A stretch of 64,000 nucleotides of DNA from Lophium mytilinum. Lineage: Eukaryota. Positions 63,515 through 64,000 of this stretch are shown here, piece after piece (position 1 is the first letter of the stretch; each line of letters opens with the position of its first letter). The notes beneath the pieces were generated by a model. It was given only the letters and a program-made list of their open reading frames with translations. It was not told the DNA's origin and ran no database searches. Made by a program: the position numbers and the translations under genes. The DNA is taken from assembly GCA_010093605.1 (NCBI GenBank), contig MU004182.1, positions 653,032-717,031 of the forward strand. The letters run 5' to 3'.

Positions 63515-63728
63515 ATGCTTCTAGTCAGAGACTAGTCGTGTCTGGATTAGAATCGTACATTCTTCCTATCAATTGAACATCCGGGTAGCGTTTCATTTGA
63601 TTTTCCAGGCGTCTGAACCAGCAGCGGCGAAATGCTGAACGTTCGCAAGAACAGTAATATATTTGCATATGACCCCTTTACGTTGCAATTCATCGTGGCG
63701 TGCTTACAACCACTATCAATACCCACAT

Positions 63729-64000
63729 TCACGTAGAGTACCTGAACAACGGACTCTCATCGCCCATCTCCGCCAACTGCTCATCCGTATACTTCTCTCT
63801 GACCTCTTCAACCGGAAGAGCAGCTCTCTTAGCATTGATCCGTTTCAGGATGAAATAATAAAAGACGGGCCAGACGATTCCAAATACAAAAAGCATGGAG
63901 ATACTGACCCCAAACCCGACCGGATACCTTGGACTCTCATTCGCAAGATAGATATTGCTTCCGACGATGCCTCCCAGCTGCGAGAAGCTGATCATGAGCG
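63729..64000 (-). CDS. MFS transporter, allantoate/nicotinate permease (ACS) type, 3' end only
   Basis: GGIVGSNIY...PRY..GF...RINAKR...MGDESPLFRY C-terminus. Runs off the window edge. Confidence 0.85.
   Translation of the reverse strand, partial: LMISFSQLGGIVGSNIYLANESPRYPVGFGVSISMLFVFGIVWPVFYYFILKRINAKRAALPVEEVREKYTDEQLAEMGDESPLFRYST

Overview
Genomic DNA from a filamentous ascomycete, judged from GT..AG introns with CTAAC/CTRAC-type branch points, a Zn2Cys6 factor and PIL1, SAM37 and LYS12 homologues. The first ~16 kb is a tailoring/catabolic gene cluster: a KstD-like flavoprotein, two P450s, an FAH-family enzyme, a LigB/DODA dioxygenase, an epoxide hydrolase and a Zn2Cys6 regulator. No core synthase is visible, and the cluster may continue to the left of the window. 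The middle holds accessory and housekeeping genes, including a secreted lytic-transglycosylase-like protein and a divergent glutathione-synthetase paralogue. It also contains a ~9 kb stretch without a recognisable long gene, which carries a TATA-preceded 34-codon ORF with a class I SH3-ligand motif. The most striking locus is at 56-61.4 kb: an intron-containing cellular reverse-transcriptase-related (rvt-type) gene lies directly upstream of, and on the same strand as, an intronless Rnl2-like RNA ligase. The ligase's upstream region has three perfect TGACTCA (Gcn4/Cpc-type) sites, and a possible structured small RNA lies next to it. Exon boundaries were read by eye, and product calls rest on motifs only, with no database searches.
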